The position numbers and the translations under genes were made by a program. Shown here piece by piece: positions 17,778 to 26,524 of a stretch of DNA of 28,740 nt; positions within the stretch are counted from its first letter, which is position 1; every line of letters starts with the position of its first letter. Under the pieces are notes generated by a model. It was given only the letters and a program-made list of their open reading frames with translations. It made no database searches and was not told where the DNA came from. This DNA comes from Fusobacteriota bacterium. GTDB lineage: Bacteria; Fusobacteriota; Fusobacteriia; Fusobacteriales; JBNJFI01. Location of the stretch: assembly GCA_051746725.1 (NCBI GenBank), contig JBNJFI010000018.1, positions 1 to 28,740 of the forward strand, in the 5' to 3' direction.

Positions 17778-18722
17778 ATGGATTTAAAAATTAGAAGAAA
17801 GAGTAATTTTACAATACACATACAATTAAAGGACCAAATAAAAGGGCTTATTTTAAATGGAGATTTAAAAAGCGGAGTTCAATTACCGACGGTTAGACAA
17901 TTAGGAACTTTTTTGAATATAAATAAAAATACAGTATCAAAGGTGTATAAAGACCTTGAAAAAGAAGGTTATGTATACTCAGTTAAAGGCAGAGGTACTT
18001 TTGTAGATGATAAAGAGATGAAAGGGGATATGAAAGAGTTTTTAAAATTAACAGAAAAGCTATTAAAAACAGGATTTGAAGATGGCTTAACCCTTGATGA
18101 AATTTGGGGAATAATATATTCTAAAGGTCATCACTTTCAAACAATTGACTATAAAGGTGGATTGAAAAAAGAGATTGCTTTTATAGAATGTAATGATGGA
18201 TCAATTAGGGATTTTGATAAATTACTAAAAGAAGAGATAAAAAATATTAAAATCAATGGAGTTTTAATTTCAAACATAGAAAATTCAAAAGAAACCTTAG
18301 AAGATGCAGATGTAATCGTAGTACCTTTTATTCATTATCATGAGGTGAAAAAGGAATTAGAAAAAGTTGATAATGAAGTTTTAGTTATTGGAGCTAATCA
18401 GAGTCTTAGAATATTAACATACGGAAATAAATTTAAAAATAAAAAGATTGGAATAATAGGTTATTCAAACGAAGATGAAAAAGCAATATACAGACAATTT
18501 AGAAATTTAAATATTAGTGAGGCTGTGTATTATGGTGGGATAGATTCCAAAGGGGAAAACCAGATAAAAGAATTCATTGATAATGTAGAAGGAGTAATTA
18601 TTTGTACTACAGTAATAGAAAAAGTTTTAAAAATTACAGAATTAGAAAAACCACATTTTATATTTGAAGGTAAATATGACAAAAAAGATTTAAAAGTATT
18701 AAAGGACTTATATGTAGACTAA
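17778..18722 (+). CDS. GntR-family transcriptional regulator with long C-terminal domain
   Basis: N-terminal winged HTH QLKDQIK.LI..G.L..G.QLPTVRQL...L.INKNTV.KVY..LE.EG.V...KGRGTFV, followed by an alpha/beta C-terminal region of about 190 aa. Confidence 0.9.
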   Translation: MDLKIRRKSNFTIHIQLKDQIKGLILNGDLKSGVQLPTVRQLGTFLNINKNTVSKVYKDLEKEGYVYSVKGRGTFVDDKEMKGDMKEFLKLTEKLLKTGFEDGLTLDEIWGIIYSKGHHFQTIDYKGGLKKEIAFIECNDGSIRDFDKLLKEEIKNIKINGVLISNIENSKETLEDADVIVVPFIHYHEVKKELEKVDNEVLVIGANQSLRILTYGNKFKNKKIGIIGYSNEDEKAIYRQFRNLNISEAVYYGGIDSKGENQIKEFIDNVEGVIICTTVIEKVLKITELEKPHFIFEGKYDKKDLKVLKDLYVD

Positions 18723-18733
18723 AAGGAGTTAAT

Positions 18734-19078
18734 ATGTCTGAATATAATTGGGTATATATGTTAAAATGTGCAGATGACAGTATATATGTAGGAATGAGTA
18801 ACGATGTACATAGAAGATTTAAAGAGCATCAAAATAAAACTGCTCGATGTAAGTATACACGTAGGAAAGATAAACAGCCTTTAAAATTAGTTGCCTATTG
18901 GAAAGTTTTTGGTAAAAGAGGAAATGCTTTAAAAGTAGAAATTTTTATAAAACAAGGAAGAAGAAAACGAAAAGATAAGTTATTAAAAGATCCAACAATT
19001 TTAGAAAAACTATTTAAAAGCAAAAAAGGTGAAAATATAAAGATAGAATATATAAATAAAGCCAAAACGGGTTCTTAG
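18734..19078 (+). CDS. GIY-YIG nuclease family protein (UPF0213/YazA-like)
   Basis: VYMLKC.D.SIYVGMSND..RRF.EH, KYTR, AL.VE.FIK. AAGGAG RBS. Confidence 0.9.
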   Translation: MSEYNWVYMLKCADDSIYVGMSNDVHRRFKEHQNKTARCKYTRRKDKQPLKLVAYWKVFGKRGNALKVEIFIKQGRRKRKDKLLKDPTILEKLFKSKKGENIKIEYINKAKTGS

Positions 19079-19097
19079 GAACTCTTTTTGGCTTTTA
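19058..19097 (+). terminator. Hairpin/probable intrinsic terminator overlapping the GIY-YIG stop codon
   Basis: AAAGCCAAAACGGGTTC-TTAG-GAACTCTTTTTGGCTTT followed by TATT. The stop TAG lies in the loop. Confidence 0.7.
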
Positions 19098-19112
19098 TTA
19101 ATTAAAAATATC

Positions 19113-19141
19113 TTGACATATACACTAAAAAATGATAACAT
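19113..19141 (+). promoter_or_regulatory. sigma70 promoter of the thiol-redox operon
   Basis: Perfect TTGACA (19113-19118), 17 nt, TAACAT (19136-19141) with extended -10 TG at 19133-19134. Confidence 0.7.
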
Positions 19142-19182
19142 TAGAATAAGTTAATATGAGTATTTTAAAAAAGGAGGCAAAA

Positions 19183-20586
19183 ATGGCAGAGAAACATGAT
19201 ATTATAATGATAGGAATGGGACCAGCAGGAATGGCTGTTTCTGCAATGGCTTCAAGCATGGGGTTAGATGTTTTGTCAATTGAGAAAAATAAAATTGGTG
19301 GAGAATGTTTGAATATAGGATGTATTCCCAGCAAGGCTCTATTAAAAGCTGGAGAAGTGAATTATATTGCTAAAAATTTAAAAAAGTATGGAATAAAATC
19401 CACAGTTGAAACAATCGCAGATAAACCTCTAGAAGTGGTTCGAGAGAAAATAGGACAAATTAATAATAAAAAGTTTAAAAAAACTTTTGAAAAGGTGAAA
19501 CTTATAAAATCAGAAGCTTCATTTGTTGATAAAAAAACAGTGATTGCTGATGGAAAAGAATATACAGCAAAAAAGATATTTATTGGAACTGGAACAGAAC
19601 CATTTATTCCACCGATACCTGGTCTAAAAGATGTAAATAAACTTACAAATGTTAATATGTTCGAGCAGGAATCTGTACCAAAAAGATTAATGGTAATAGG
19701 TGGAGGAGCAATAGGGACAGAAATGGCTCAAGCTTTTAAAAGATTAGGATCAGAAGTTATATTAGCTCAAATGGATGCTCACCTAATTCCTGGAGGCGAT
19801 GCTGATGCAGGAGAGGTTCTAAAAAATCAATTTGAAGAAGAAGGAATTAAAGTATATAATAGTACAAATATAGAGAAAGTTTCTGAAAAAGATGGTGTCA
19901 TTTATACCGAGACAGATAAAGGAACTTTTGAATCAGATGAAATACTGGTTGCAACTGGTAGAAAACCGGTTTTAAAACCTTTAAAATTAGAAAATGCTAG
20001 AATAAAATATGACAAAACTGGAATAAAAACAAATGAGAAACTACAAACGAATCACAGACATATATATGCAGTTGGAGATTGTAATGGAAGGGCTTTACTT
20101 TCACATGCTGCAATGCATCAAGGAATGATAGCTTTAATGAATGCAATGAATCCAATGCCATTTTTCAAAAAAAAGGTAAATGACTATATTGTACCATGGT
20201 CTGTATTTACAAAACCAGAAGTTGCACAAGCTGGTGTGACGGAAAAAGTTGCTAGAGAAAAAGGAATGAAGTATGAGGTTATCAGAAAAGAATATAAAGA
20301 TTATGGTAGAACTGTCGCTGATGGTAAACCAGAAGGATTTATTAAAGTTATATTAAGTCCCCTTGGAAAGATATATGGAGTTTCTATAGTAGGAGAAGGT
20401 GCAAGTGAAATGATCCATGAATGGATTCTAGCTATTCAAAAAAATATGAGAATAACTGATATCTTAATGATGCAACATTCATTTCCAACTTTATCGATGA
20501 TAAATAAAATGATTGCAGAAGATTGGATGATGGAGCAAACTAAAAAATATGGATTTATATCAAAAATAGCTAAGTTCTTAATATAA
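19183..20586 (+). CDS. Pyridine nucleotide-disulfide oxidoreductase, class I (LpdA/MerA-like, substrate unknown)
   Basis: FAD motif IGMGPAG, redox disulfide GGECLNIGCIPSK, NAD(P) motif IGGGAIGTE, ATGRKP, IYAVGD, dimerisation domain ending HSFPTLSM. ATG 19183 follows AAGGAGG (the ORF track starts at 19156). Confidence 0.9.
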   Translation: MAEKHDIIMIGMGPAGMAVSAMASSMGLDVLSIEKNKIGGECLNIGCIPSKALLKAGEVNYIAKNLKKYGIKSTVETIADKPLEVVREKIGQINNKKFKKTFEKVKLIKSEASFVDKKTVIADGKEYTAKKIFIGTGTEPFIPPIPGLKDVNKLTNVNMFEQESVPKRLMVIGGGAIGTEMAQAFKRLGSEVILAQMDAHLIPGGDADAGEVLKNQFEEEGIKVYNSTNIEKVSEKDGVIYTETDKGTFESDEILVATGRKPVLKPLKLENARIKYDKTGIKTNEKLQTNHRHIYAVGDCNGRALLSHAAMHQGMIALMNAMNPMPFFKKKVNDYIVPWSVFTKPEVAQAGVTEKVAREKGMKYEVIRKEYKDYGRTVADGKPEGFIKVILSPLGKIYGVSIVGEGASEMIHEWILAIQKNMRITDILMMQHSFPTLSMINKMIAEDWMMEQTKKYGFISKIAKFLI

Positions 20587-20596
20587 GGAGGAAAAA

Positions 20597-21106
20597 ATGA
20601 AAAAAATATTAGTAGGATTAATATTTTCGACTTTAATTTTATTTCAAACTGCATACTCAAAAACAGGAATTCAAGTAGGAAATGAGCTACCTAATTTTGA
20701 TTATTATAATTTGATGGGAGTAAAAATCAATTCTCAAGAATTAGAAGGTAAAGCCATTATGTTAAATTTTTGGGCTACATGGTGTCCGCCATGTAGAGAA
20801 GAAATGCCTTCAATGCAGAAGCTTTATGAGAAATATAAAAATAATGATAAATTTGAGATAGTTGCTATTTCTGTAGATAAAGATTCTTCGAGAAAAGTTT
20901 CAGATTTTATAAATAAAGCAGGATATACTTTTCCAATCTATTATGATGAAAAGAAAAAATTAAGTAGAGATTTTTTAATACGATCCATACCTACGACATA
21001 TTTAATAAATTCCAATGGAATAATAGTAGAGAAAAAAATAGGAGCAAAAGATTGGGAAAATTTAGATGTTGATAGTTTAATAATAGATAATAAAAAGGAA
21101 AACTAA
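20597..21106 (+). CDS. TlpA/ResA-family exported thiol-disulfide reductase
   Basis: Signal peptide MKKILVGLIFSTLILFQTAYS, LNFWATWCPPCREEMP, AISVD, IPTTYLI. Confidence 0.92.
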   Translation: MKKILVGLIFSTLILFQTAYSKTGIQVGNELPNFDYYNLMGVKINSQELEGKAIMLNFWATWCPPCREEMPSMQKLYEKYKNNDKFEIVAISVDKDSSRKVSDFINKAGYTFPIYYDEKKKLSRDFLIRSIPTTYLINSNGIIVEKKIGAKDWENLDVDSLIIDNKKEN

Positions 21107-21795
21107 TGGTAGATATATCGATTTTCATGGTCTTTTTTGCAGGGGTAGCTTCTTTTTTATCGCCATGTGTATTGCCATTAATTCCAGTTTACTTTTCCCA
21201 TTTAAGCGGTGTAGGTGTCGAAGAGATAAAAGGAAATAGAAAATTAGTTTTGTTTTATAATAGTCTGTTTTTTGTTTTAGGATTTACAGTGGTATTTGTA
21301 TTGATGCAATTAGTAATTTCATACTTTGCCAATGTAGCGGTGGATTATATAAATAATATCATTATTTATAGAGTATTAGGAACAATTGTGATATTATTAG
21401 GTTTACATATGACAGGGATAATAAAAATAAAAAAGTTGATGAGAGAGTATAAAATTAATATTGGTTTAAAAAAAGGAACTTTATTTTCTTCTTTTTTGTT
21501 AGGTCTTTTATTTGCTTTTGGATGGTCTCCTTGTATAGGGCCAATTTTAGGATCAGTTTTGATGTATGCTTCTCAGTCTGATACTGTAGGTATTGGAACA
21601 ATTTATTTAATAGTATATTCGCTTGGTCTAGGATTACCATTTTTAATTTTTAGTTTTTTTATCGAATTTTTAACTCGTCTTATTAAACAATATGGAAAAA
21701 TGGTTAGATGGGTTGAAATATTTGGAGGAATAATTTTAATAATAATGGGTCTAATTTTATTTTTTAATAAATTAGATATGCTAACTGGCTTATAA
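21106..21795 (+). CDS. ccdA: CcdA/DsbD transmembrane electron transporter
   Basis: About six TM segments, with two conserved PC motifs FLSPCVLPLIP and FGWSPCIGPILG. TAATG overlap with tlpA. Confidence 0.92.
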   Translation: MVDISIFMVFFAGVASFLSPCVLPLIPVYFSHLSGVGVEEIKGNRKLVLFYNSLFFVLGFTVVFVLMQLVISYFANVAVDYINNIIIYRVLGTIVILLGLHMTGIIKIKKLMREYKINIGLKKGTLFSSFLLGLLFAFGWSPCIGPILGSVLMYASQSDTVGIGTIYLIVYSLGLGLPFLIFSFFIEFLTRLIKQYGKMVRWVEIFGGIILIIMGLILFFNKLDMLTGL

Positions 21796-21804
21796 GGAGA
21801 AAAA

Positions 21805-22125
21805 ATGGAGAAATTAGGGAAATTTGAAGAATATAAAAAATCGCAAAATAATGGGATTAATTTATATTATGTTTCGCATGAAAATTGCAATGTTTGTAAA
21901 AGTTTACTTCCTAAAATAGAGAAGGTCTTGAATAATTATGATGGGGTAAATTCCAAATATGTAGATATAAATAAAATCCCTAGATTCAAAGGAGAAAGAT
22001 CAGTTTTTACTGTTCCTACAATTATAGTCGATATAAATGGTAAAGAGACTATTAGAGAATCAAGATATATACAAGTTGGTAAATTTGAAGAAAAATTAAA
22101 AAGATATTACGATTTAATAGAATAA
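21805..22125 (+). CDS. Cytoplasmic thioredoxin-family protein (CNVC)
   Basis: 106 aa with CxxC (CNVC), cis-Pro loop FTVPT, no signal peptide and AAGGAG RBS. Confidence 0.85.
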   Translation: MEKLGKFEEYKKSQNNGINLYYVSHENCNVCKSLLPKIEKVLNNYDGVNSKYVDINKIPRFKGERSVFTVPTIIVDINGKETIRESRYIQVGKFEEKLKRYYDLIE

Positions 22126-22165
22126 AAATACGAGAGAACAGTTATAACTGTTCTCTCGTATTTTT
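22124..22165. terminator. Perfect 42-bp palindrome between convergent genes; probable bidirectional terminator
   Basis: AAAAATACGAGAGAACAGTTA|TAACTGTTCTCTCGTATTTTT has 21-bp arms with no spacer, and gives a T tract on both strands. Confidence 0.8.
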
Positions 22166-23233
22166 TTCTAAGTATTTATATCGTAAATAAGTTTCAAATT
22201 TTGGATCTTCCTCTTTAACTAAAGAATCCTTTATTTCTAAAGAAATACCAGTTGAAAGATCTAGTTCTAATAATTTTTCAAGTTTAGTAATTAATTTAGA
22301 ATATTTTTCTTTTTCCTCTGAAAGATCAGCTTTTCCTTTTTTTTCAAGTAAATATAAAGCTTTACCATAATATTCATTAGAAGGTTTATTATATAATGTG
22401 ATGTATTTTAGATAATCGTCATTGTTTTCAACTTCATATAAATATAATCGATAATAAGCTGCTAAATCAGTTTGAGGATAACTTTTAATTAATTCTGTAG
22501 CGTAATATTTTGCAGAATTCAAATTATTTATTTTTTCATAAGATTTAACTAAATAAAGCAAACTTTCTTTAGACTTATTTACCTTAAAAGAATCTATAGC
22601 TTTTTTGAAATCTTTTCTTGCGAAAAAATATTTTCCTAGATTAGTTGAACTTAGTTTTTCCCTGGAACGAGCATGGTCGAAAAATTTAGATGATATATCA
22701 AAATTATTTTTTTCTAAATGAAATGTTCCAATTTTAATAAGTTCTTCAAAATTCAACTCCCAAAAGTCATTAAAGTCATTATCATACATCGCTTTGTAAG
22801 TTATGAAAAAAGAATGGTCCAAATCACTAAGTTCATATAAAATTTGTTTTTTTTCATTGTCAGAATTTTCATAAGATTTTTTTAAAATTGATATTGCGTC
22901 CTTATTTTGTCCTAACTTTTTGTAAACTTTAGCTAATGTTAGATAGTATTCAGGCGACCTATAGTTTGAAGATTTCAAATAATTCAAACTTTTAACATAA
23001 TCACCTTGCTTAAAATGAATTTTACCTAGATAAAACGTTGCTAACCCCTTTTTTGATAGATCTGAATCAGAAAAATTTGCTTCAAAATTTTCAAATATTT
23101 TCTTTGCCTTATTATACTCTTTTTTTACATAAAAAGATTTTCCATCTGAAAATACTTTATACTGTTCTATATTATCAGAGTATAATAAGCTTATCATGAA
23201 AATGAAAGCAAATAAAAAAAATTTTTTTCTCAT
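22142..23233 (-). CDS. Exported tetratricopeptide-repeat protein
   Basis: Signal peptide MRKKFFLFAFIFMISLLYS, TPR-like helices (FYLGKIHFKQGDYVKSL, LTLAKVYKKLGQNKDAI, NLGKYFFARKDFKKAI, LYLVKSYEKINNLNSA) and AGGAGG RBS on the minus strand. Confidence 0.85.
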   Translation of the reverse strand: MRKKFFLFAFIFMISLLYSDNIEQYKVFSDGKSFYVKKEYNKAKKIFENFEANFSDSDLSKKGLATFYLGKIHFKQGDYVKSLNYLKSSNYRSPEYYLTLAKVYKKLGQNKDAISILKKSYENSDNEKKQILYELSDLDHSFFITYKAMYDNDFNDFWELNFEELIKIGTFHLEKNNFDISSKFFDHARSREKLSSTNLGKYFFARKDFKKAIDSFKVNKSKESLLYLVKSYEKINNLNSAKYYATELIKSYPQTDLAAYYRLYLYEVENNDDYLKYITLYNKPSNEYYGKALYLLEKKGKADLSEEKEKYSKLITKLEKLLELDLSTGISLEIKDSLVKEEDPKFETYLRYKYLEKNTREQL

Positions 23234-23281
23234 AAATCCCTCCTATATGTATTTTTGTAGATTGAGATGCATTACATTAAT

Positions 23282-23310
23282 ATAGTATCACAAAAAAATA
23301 AATAAATCAA
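23282..23310 (-). promoter_or_regulatory. sigma70-type promoter for the TPR gene
   Basis: Minus strand TTGATT (23310-23305), 17 nt, TACTAT (23287-23282) with TG extension. Confidence 0.55.
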
Positions 23311-23320
23311 TAATTAGGGA

Positions 23321-23349
23321 TGGATTTTTTGTAAAAATAATGTTAAAAT
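23321..23349 (+). promoter_or_regulatory. sigma70-type promoter for the SNF2 gene (back-to-back with the TPR promoter)
   Basis: TGGATT (23321-23326), 17 nt, TAAAAT (23344-23349) with TG at 23341-23342. Confidence 0.5.
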
Positions 23350-23380
23350 TAATAGTAAGCTATAAATTGAAGGGGGAATA

Positions 23381-26300
23381 ATGGAATTTGTAAATTTACT
23401 CAAAGGATTAATTGAAAGAAAAAGATATAAACGTGGTAAAGATTATTATAACACTAAAAAAATTGTAAAATATGATTATGGAATTAATAAAAAAGGACAG
23501 GTAATTATAAATGCTGCTGTTAAAGGCAGTTCGATCTATTTAGTTGATCTAGCTTTTTCTATAGATGATCAGGATATAGATATTGGAGATGTCAGTTGTA
23601 CTTGCCCTGATAATTGTTTTCGATTTTGTAAACATAGTGCTGCAGTCTTGTATAAATTTTTAAAGGAAGACTTTGGAGAAAAATACATACAAAAAAGAAA
23701 GAAACTTATTTTTGAAAAATTATCGAAAATAAGTAAAGAGTCTAAAGAAGAGCAAAAAAAAGAATTGGAATATCATGTAAATGGCTTAACTAAAAATTCT
23801 AGAATAAATTTTAAAATAATAATTAAATCAGATTCTATTTCAGAAGAATTGGGTAGAATTCTAATCGATTATATTCATAATAAATCGGAAAGAGATGAAA
23901 TATTAAGTTATTTTGACTACAAAGAACTTGCCAATATAAATATTTTGAAAAATTTACAAAAGAAAGAAAGTCAAACTGAAAATGCAATTTTAATTTATAA
24001 AAATAAGGATAGTTTTAATTTTTTGATGAAACTAGCTCAAGAGAAGAAGTTATATTTTAGTAAAACTCAAGAAATAGCAATACCTGGAGAAGAAATTACT
24101 CCTGAACTTTTAATTGCAGGAAATGAAGAAAAAATAAAGCTAGAAGTTTTAGAATCAGAATATAATATATTTAAAGCTAATGATAATTTTAGCTGGACGG
24201 TTATTGAAAATGAAATACATCCAATTAAGATGGAAAAATTTGAAGGACTTTCTCAATCGATAGATATACCAGAAGAGAACCTAGGAGAGTTTTTATTTGA
24301 AATTTTACCTTCTTTAAAGAGAAATTATAATGTAAATATAGATTCAAATCTTAAAGGATATGAATTAATTCAAAAAGAACCTGAAATTAAATTAAATTTA
24401 GATTACAGGGATGAGGTAATTTATTGTGAACCTGAAGTTCAAATAGAAGATCATAAATATGTAGGAACAGAAATAATAAAGAAAAAGTGGAATAGTAATT
24501 TTTATAAAAGAGGGAAAAACAAAAAAGTATGGATTGGCTGGAATACAAAGTCTATAAAGAGACTAATAAATTTTTTAGAAGACCACGAGTTTCATGTTCA
24601 AACTGATAAATTTACCTTGAAAGATCAAAGGGCGATACAAACTTTCATAACAGATGGAATAGTATATTTTCCAGAAGACTGGGAAATGGCAAAAAGTGAT
24701 AGTTTTAAAAATATAGAAGTTTTTGAAATTGAACTAGAACCAATTATAGAGTTTGGTGAACAAGATGATAAAATAAATTGGTTTGAATTTAATGTTAAAT
24801 ATAGTATAGGGGATAGAATATATTCTAAAAATGAATTGGAAAAATTATTAAAGAAAAACAAGTATGGAGAAGAGTTTTTAAAAGTAGGAGAACGTTATTA
24901 TGTTCTTGAATCTAATAATAGAGAAGAAAAAATAAAAGATTTAGTGAAATGGGCTGATAAAACAGAAGAAGGGAATTATAAGACAAATTATTATAATCTC
25001 TTGTATTATAGACAACTTGTAAAAGAAAATGGAATAAAATATAAAGGGAACAAATTATATAATGAACTAGATGAAGATATAACTACAGATAACTTAATGA
25101 AAAAAGTAGATATACCATTGGAAGTAAAAACGACTTTAAGAGATTATCAAAAAGAAGGGTTTTATTGGTTGAAATTTTTGGAAAGATATTATTTTGGAGG
25201 AATATTAGCAGATGATATGGGATTAGGAAAAACACTACAAACTCTAACTTTACTTAAAAGTGTTAACAGAAAAAAACCTTCACTAATAATATGCCCTAGA
25301 ACATTAATTTATAACTGGGGAGAAGAAATAAGGAAATTTTTTCCAGAAATGAAATTTATAGTTTATTATGGAACTCCAGATGAGCGAATAAAAATGCAAG
25401 AATCTTTTTATGAAAATGACATAATAATAACTTCGTATTCAACTGGGAGTAGAGATGTTGATGATTTAAATAAATATGAGTTCCTATACTGTATTTTAGA
25501 TGAAGCGCACCATATAAAAAACAGAAGAACTAAAAGAGCTAAAGGTGTAAAAAAAATAAAGGCAGACCACAAGCTAGCCTTAACTGGAACTCCTTTGGAA
25601 AATTCTTTAGAAGAATTATGGTCAATATTTGATTTCATAATGCCTGGATATCTAGATAAATTCAGTAGATTTAATAAGAAATATTTAAACCCTATTAATA
25701 AAGAAAATAATAAACAAAAACTAAACGAATTAAAAAAACGTATTTCATTTTTTGTATTGAGAAGAAAAAAAGAAGATGTATTAAAAGATCTTCCAGAAAA
25801 GCTATTAAATATTCATAAAGTAGAAATGACTAAAGTTCAAGAAGATTCATATCAGATGATATTAGATGAAGTTAAAAGTGATTTGACAGATATAGTTAGC
25901 AAAAAAGGTTTTAATAAATCTAGAATAAACATTTTAGCAGCTTTAACTAAATTAAGACAAATATGCAATCATCCACAATTGATATTAAAGGATATAAGTA
26001 AAAAAATGACTTCAGGAAAATTAGAAGCTTTATTAGAAATAGTTGAAGATGCAATTGCATCTGGACACAAAATAATAGTATTTAGTCAATTTGTCAAAAT
26101 GCTCAAGATAATAAGGAAGGAATTTCTAAGTAAAGAGATAAAGTTCAAATATTTAGATGGAGGAACACGGAACAGAATGGAAAAAGTCAATGAGTTTAAT
26201 TCTGATGAAAATTTAAAAGTATTCTTAATTAGTTTGAAAGCAGGCGGAACTGGTATAAACTTGACATCGGCGGATATAGTTATACATGTAGATCCATGGT

Positions 26301-26524
26301 GGAATCCTATGGTGGAAAGACAGGCTACAGATAGAGCTCATAGAATAGGCCAAAAGAATCAAGTTACAATATATAAATTAATAACAGCTGGAACAATAGA
26401 AGAAAAGATGTTGAAATTACAAAAAAAGAAACAGGACATTTTTGATAATGTAATTGAATCTAACGAAAGCAAAATAGATAAAATAAATTGGGAGGATATT
26501 CAAGAATTATTAGAATATAATTAA
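23381..26524 (+). CDS. SWIM zinc-finger SNF2-family helicase/ATPase
   Basis: SWIM CTC...FCKH, LRDYQKEG, LADDMGLGKT (motif I), ILDEAHHIKN (motif II), LTGTPLEN, LRQICNHP, FSQF, SLKAGGTGINLT, DPWWNP, QATDRAHRIGQ. Confidence 0.95.
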   Translation: MEFVNLLKGLIERKRYKRGKDYYNTKKIVKYDYGINKKGQVIINAAVKGSSIYLVDLAFSIDDQDIDIGDVSCTCPDNCFRFCKHSAAVLYKFLKEDFGEKYIQKRKKLIFEKLSKISKESKEEQKKELEYHVNGLTKNSRINFKIIIKSDSISEELGRILIDYIHNKSERDEILSYFDYKELANINILKNLQKKESQTENAILIYKNKDSFNFLMKLAQEKKLYFSKTQEIAIPGEEITPELLIAGNEEKIKLEVLESEYNIFKANDNFSWTVIENEIHPIKMEKFEGLSQSIDIPEENLGEFLFEILPSLKRNYNVNIDSNLKGYELIQKEPEIKLNLDYRDEVIYCEPEVQIEDHKYVGTEIIKKKWNSNFYKRGKNKKVWIGWNTKSIKRLINFLEDHEFHVQTDKFTLKDQRAIQTFITDGIVYFPEDWEMAKSDSFKNIEVFEIELEPIIEFGEQDDKINWFEFNVKYSIGDRIYSKNELEKLLKKNKYGEEFLKVGERYYVLESNNREEKIKDLVKWADKTEEGNYKTNYYNLLYYRQLVKENGIKYKGNKLYNELDEDITTDNLMKKVDIPLEVKTTLRDYQKEGFYWLKFLERYYFGGILADDMGLGKTLQTLTLLKSVNRKKPSLIICPRTLIYNWGEEIRKFFPEMKFIVYYGTPDERIKMQESFYENDIIITSYSTGSRDVDDLNKYEFLYCILDEAHHIKNRRTKRAKGVKKIKADHKLALTGTPLENSLEELWSIFDFIMPGYLDKFSRFNKKYLNPINKENNKQKLNELKKRISFFVLRRKKEDVLKDLPEKLLNIHKVEMTKVQEDSYQMILDEVKSDLTDIVSKKGFNKSRINILAALTKLRQICNHPQLILKDISKKMTSGKLEALLEIVEDAIASGHKIIVFSQFVKMLKIIRKEFLSKEIKFKYLDGGTRNRMEKVNEFNSDENLKVFLISLKAGGTGINLTSADIVIHVDPWWNPMVERQATDRAHRIGQKNQVTIYKLITAGTIEEKMLKLQKKKQDIFDNVIESNESKIDKINWEDIQELLEYN

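Noticed and set aside
19183..20586. Calling this merA or lpdA
   Set aside because: No C-terminal Cys-Cys, metal-binding domain or mer genes, and no HPTxxE dyad or 2-oxoacid dehydrogenase/glycine-cleavage neighbours.
17546..26524. Genomic island integrated at tRNA-Cys
   Set aside because: No integrase or transposase, no duplicated tRNA 3' end found by eye, and no obvious compositional shift.
18734..26524. Anti-phage defence system (GIY-YIG nuclease plus SNF2 helicase)
   Set aside because: The genes are in separate transcription units. Both resemble widespread stand-alone families (UPF0213; SWIM-SNF2), and no methylase or other defence partner is present.
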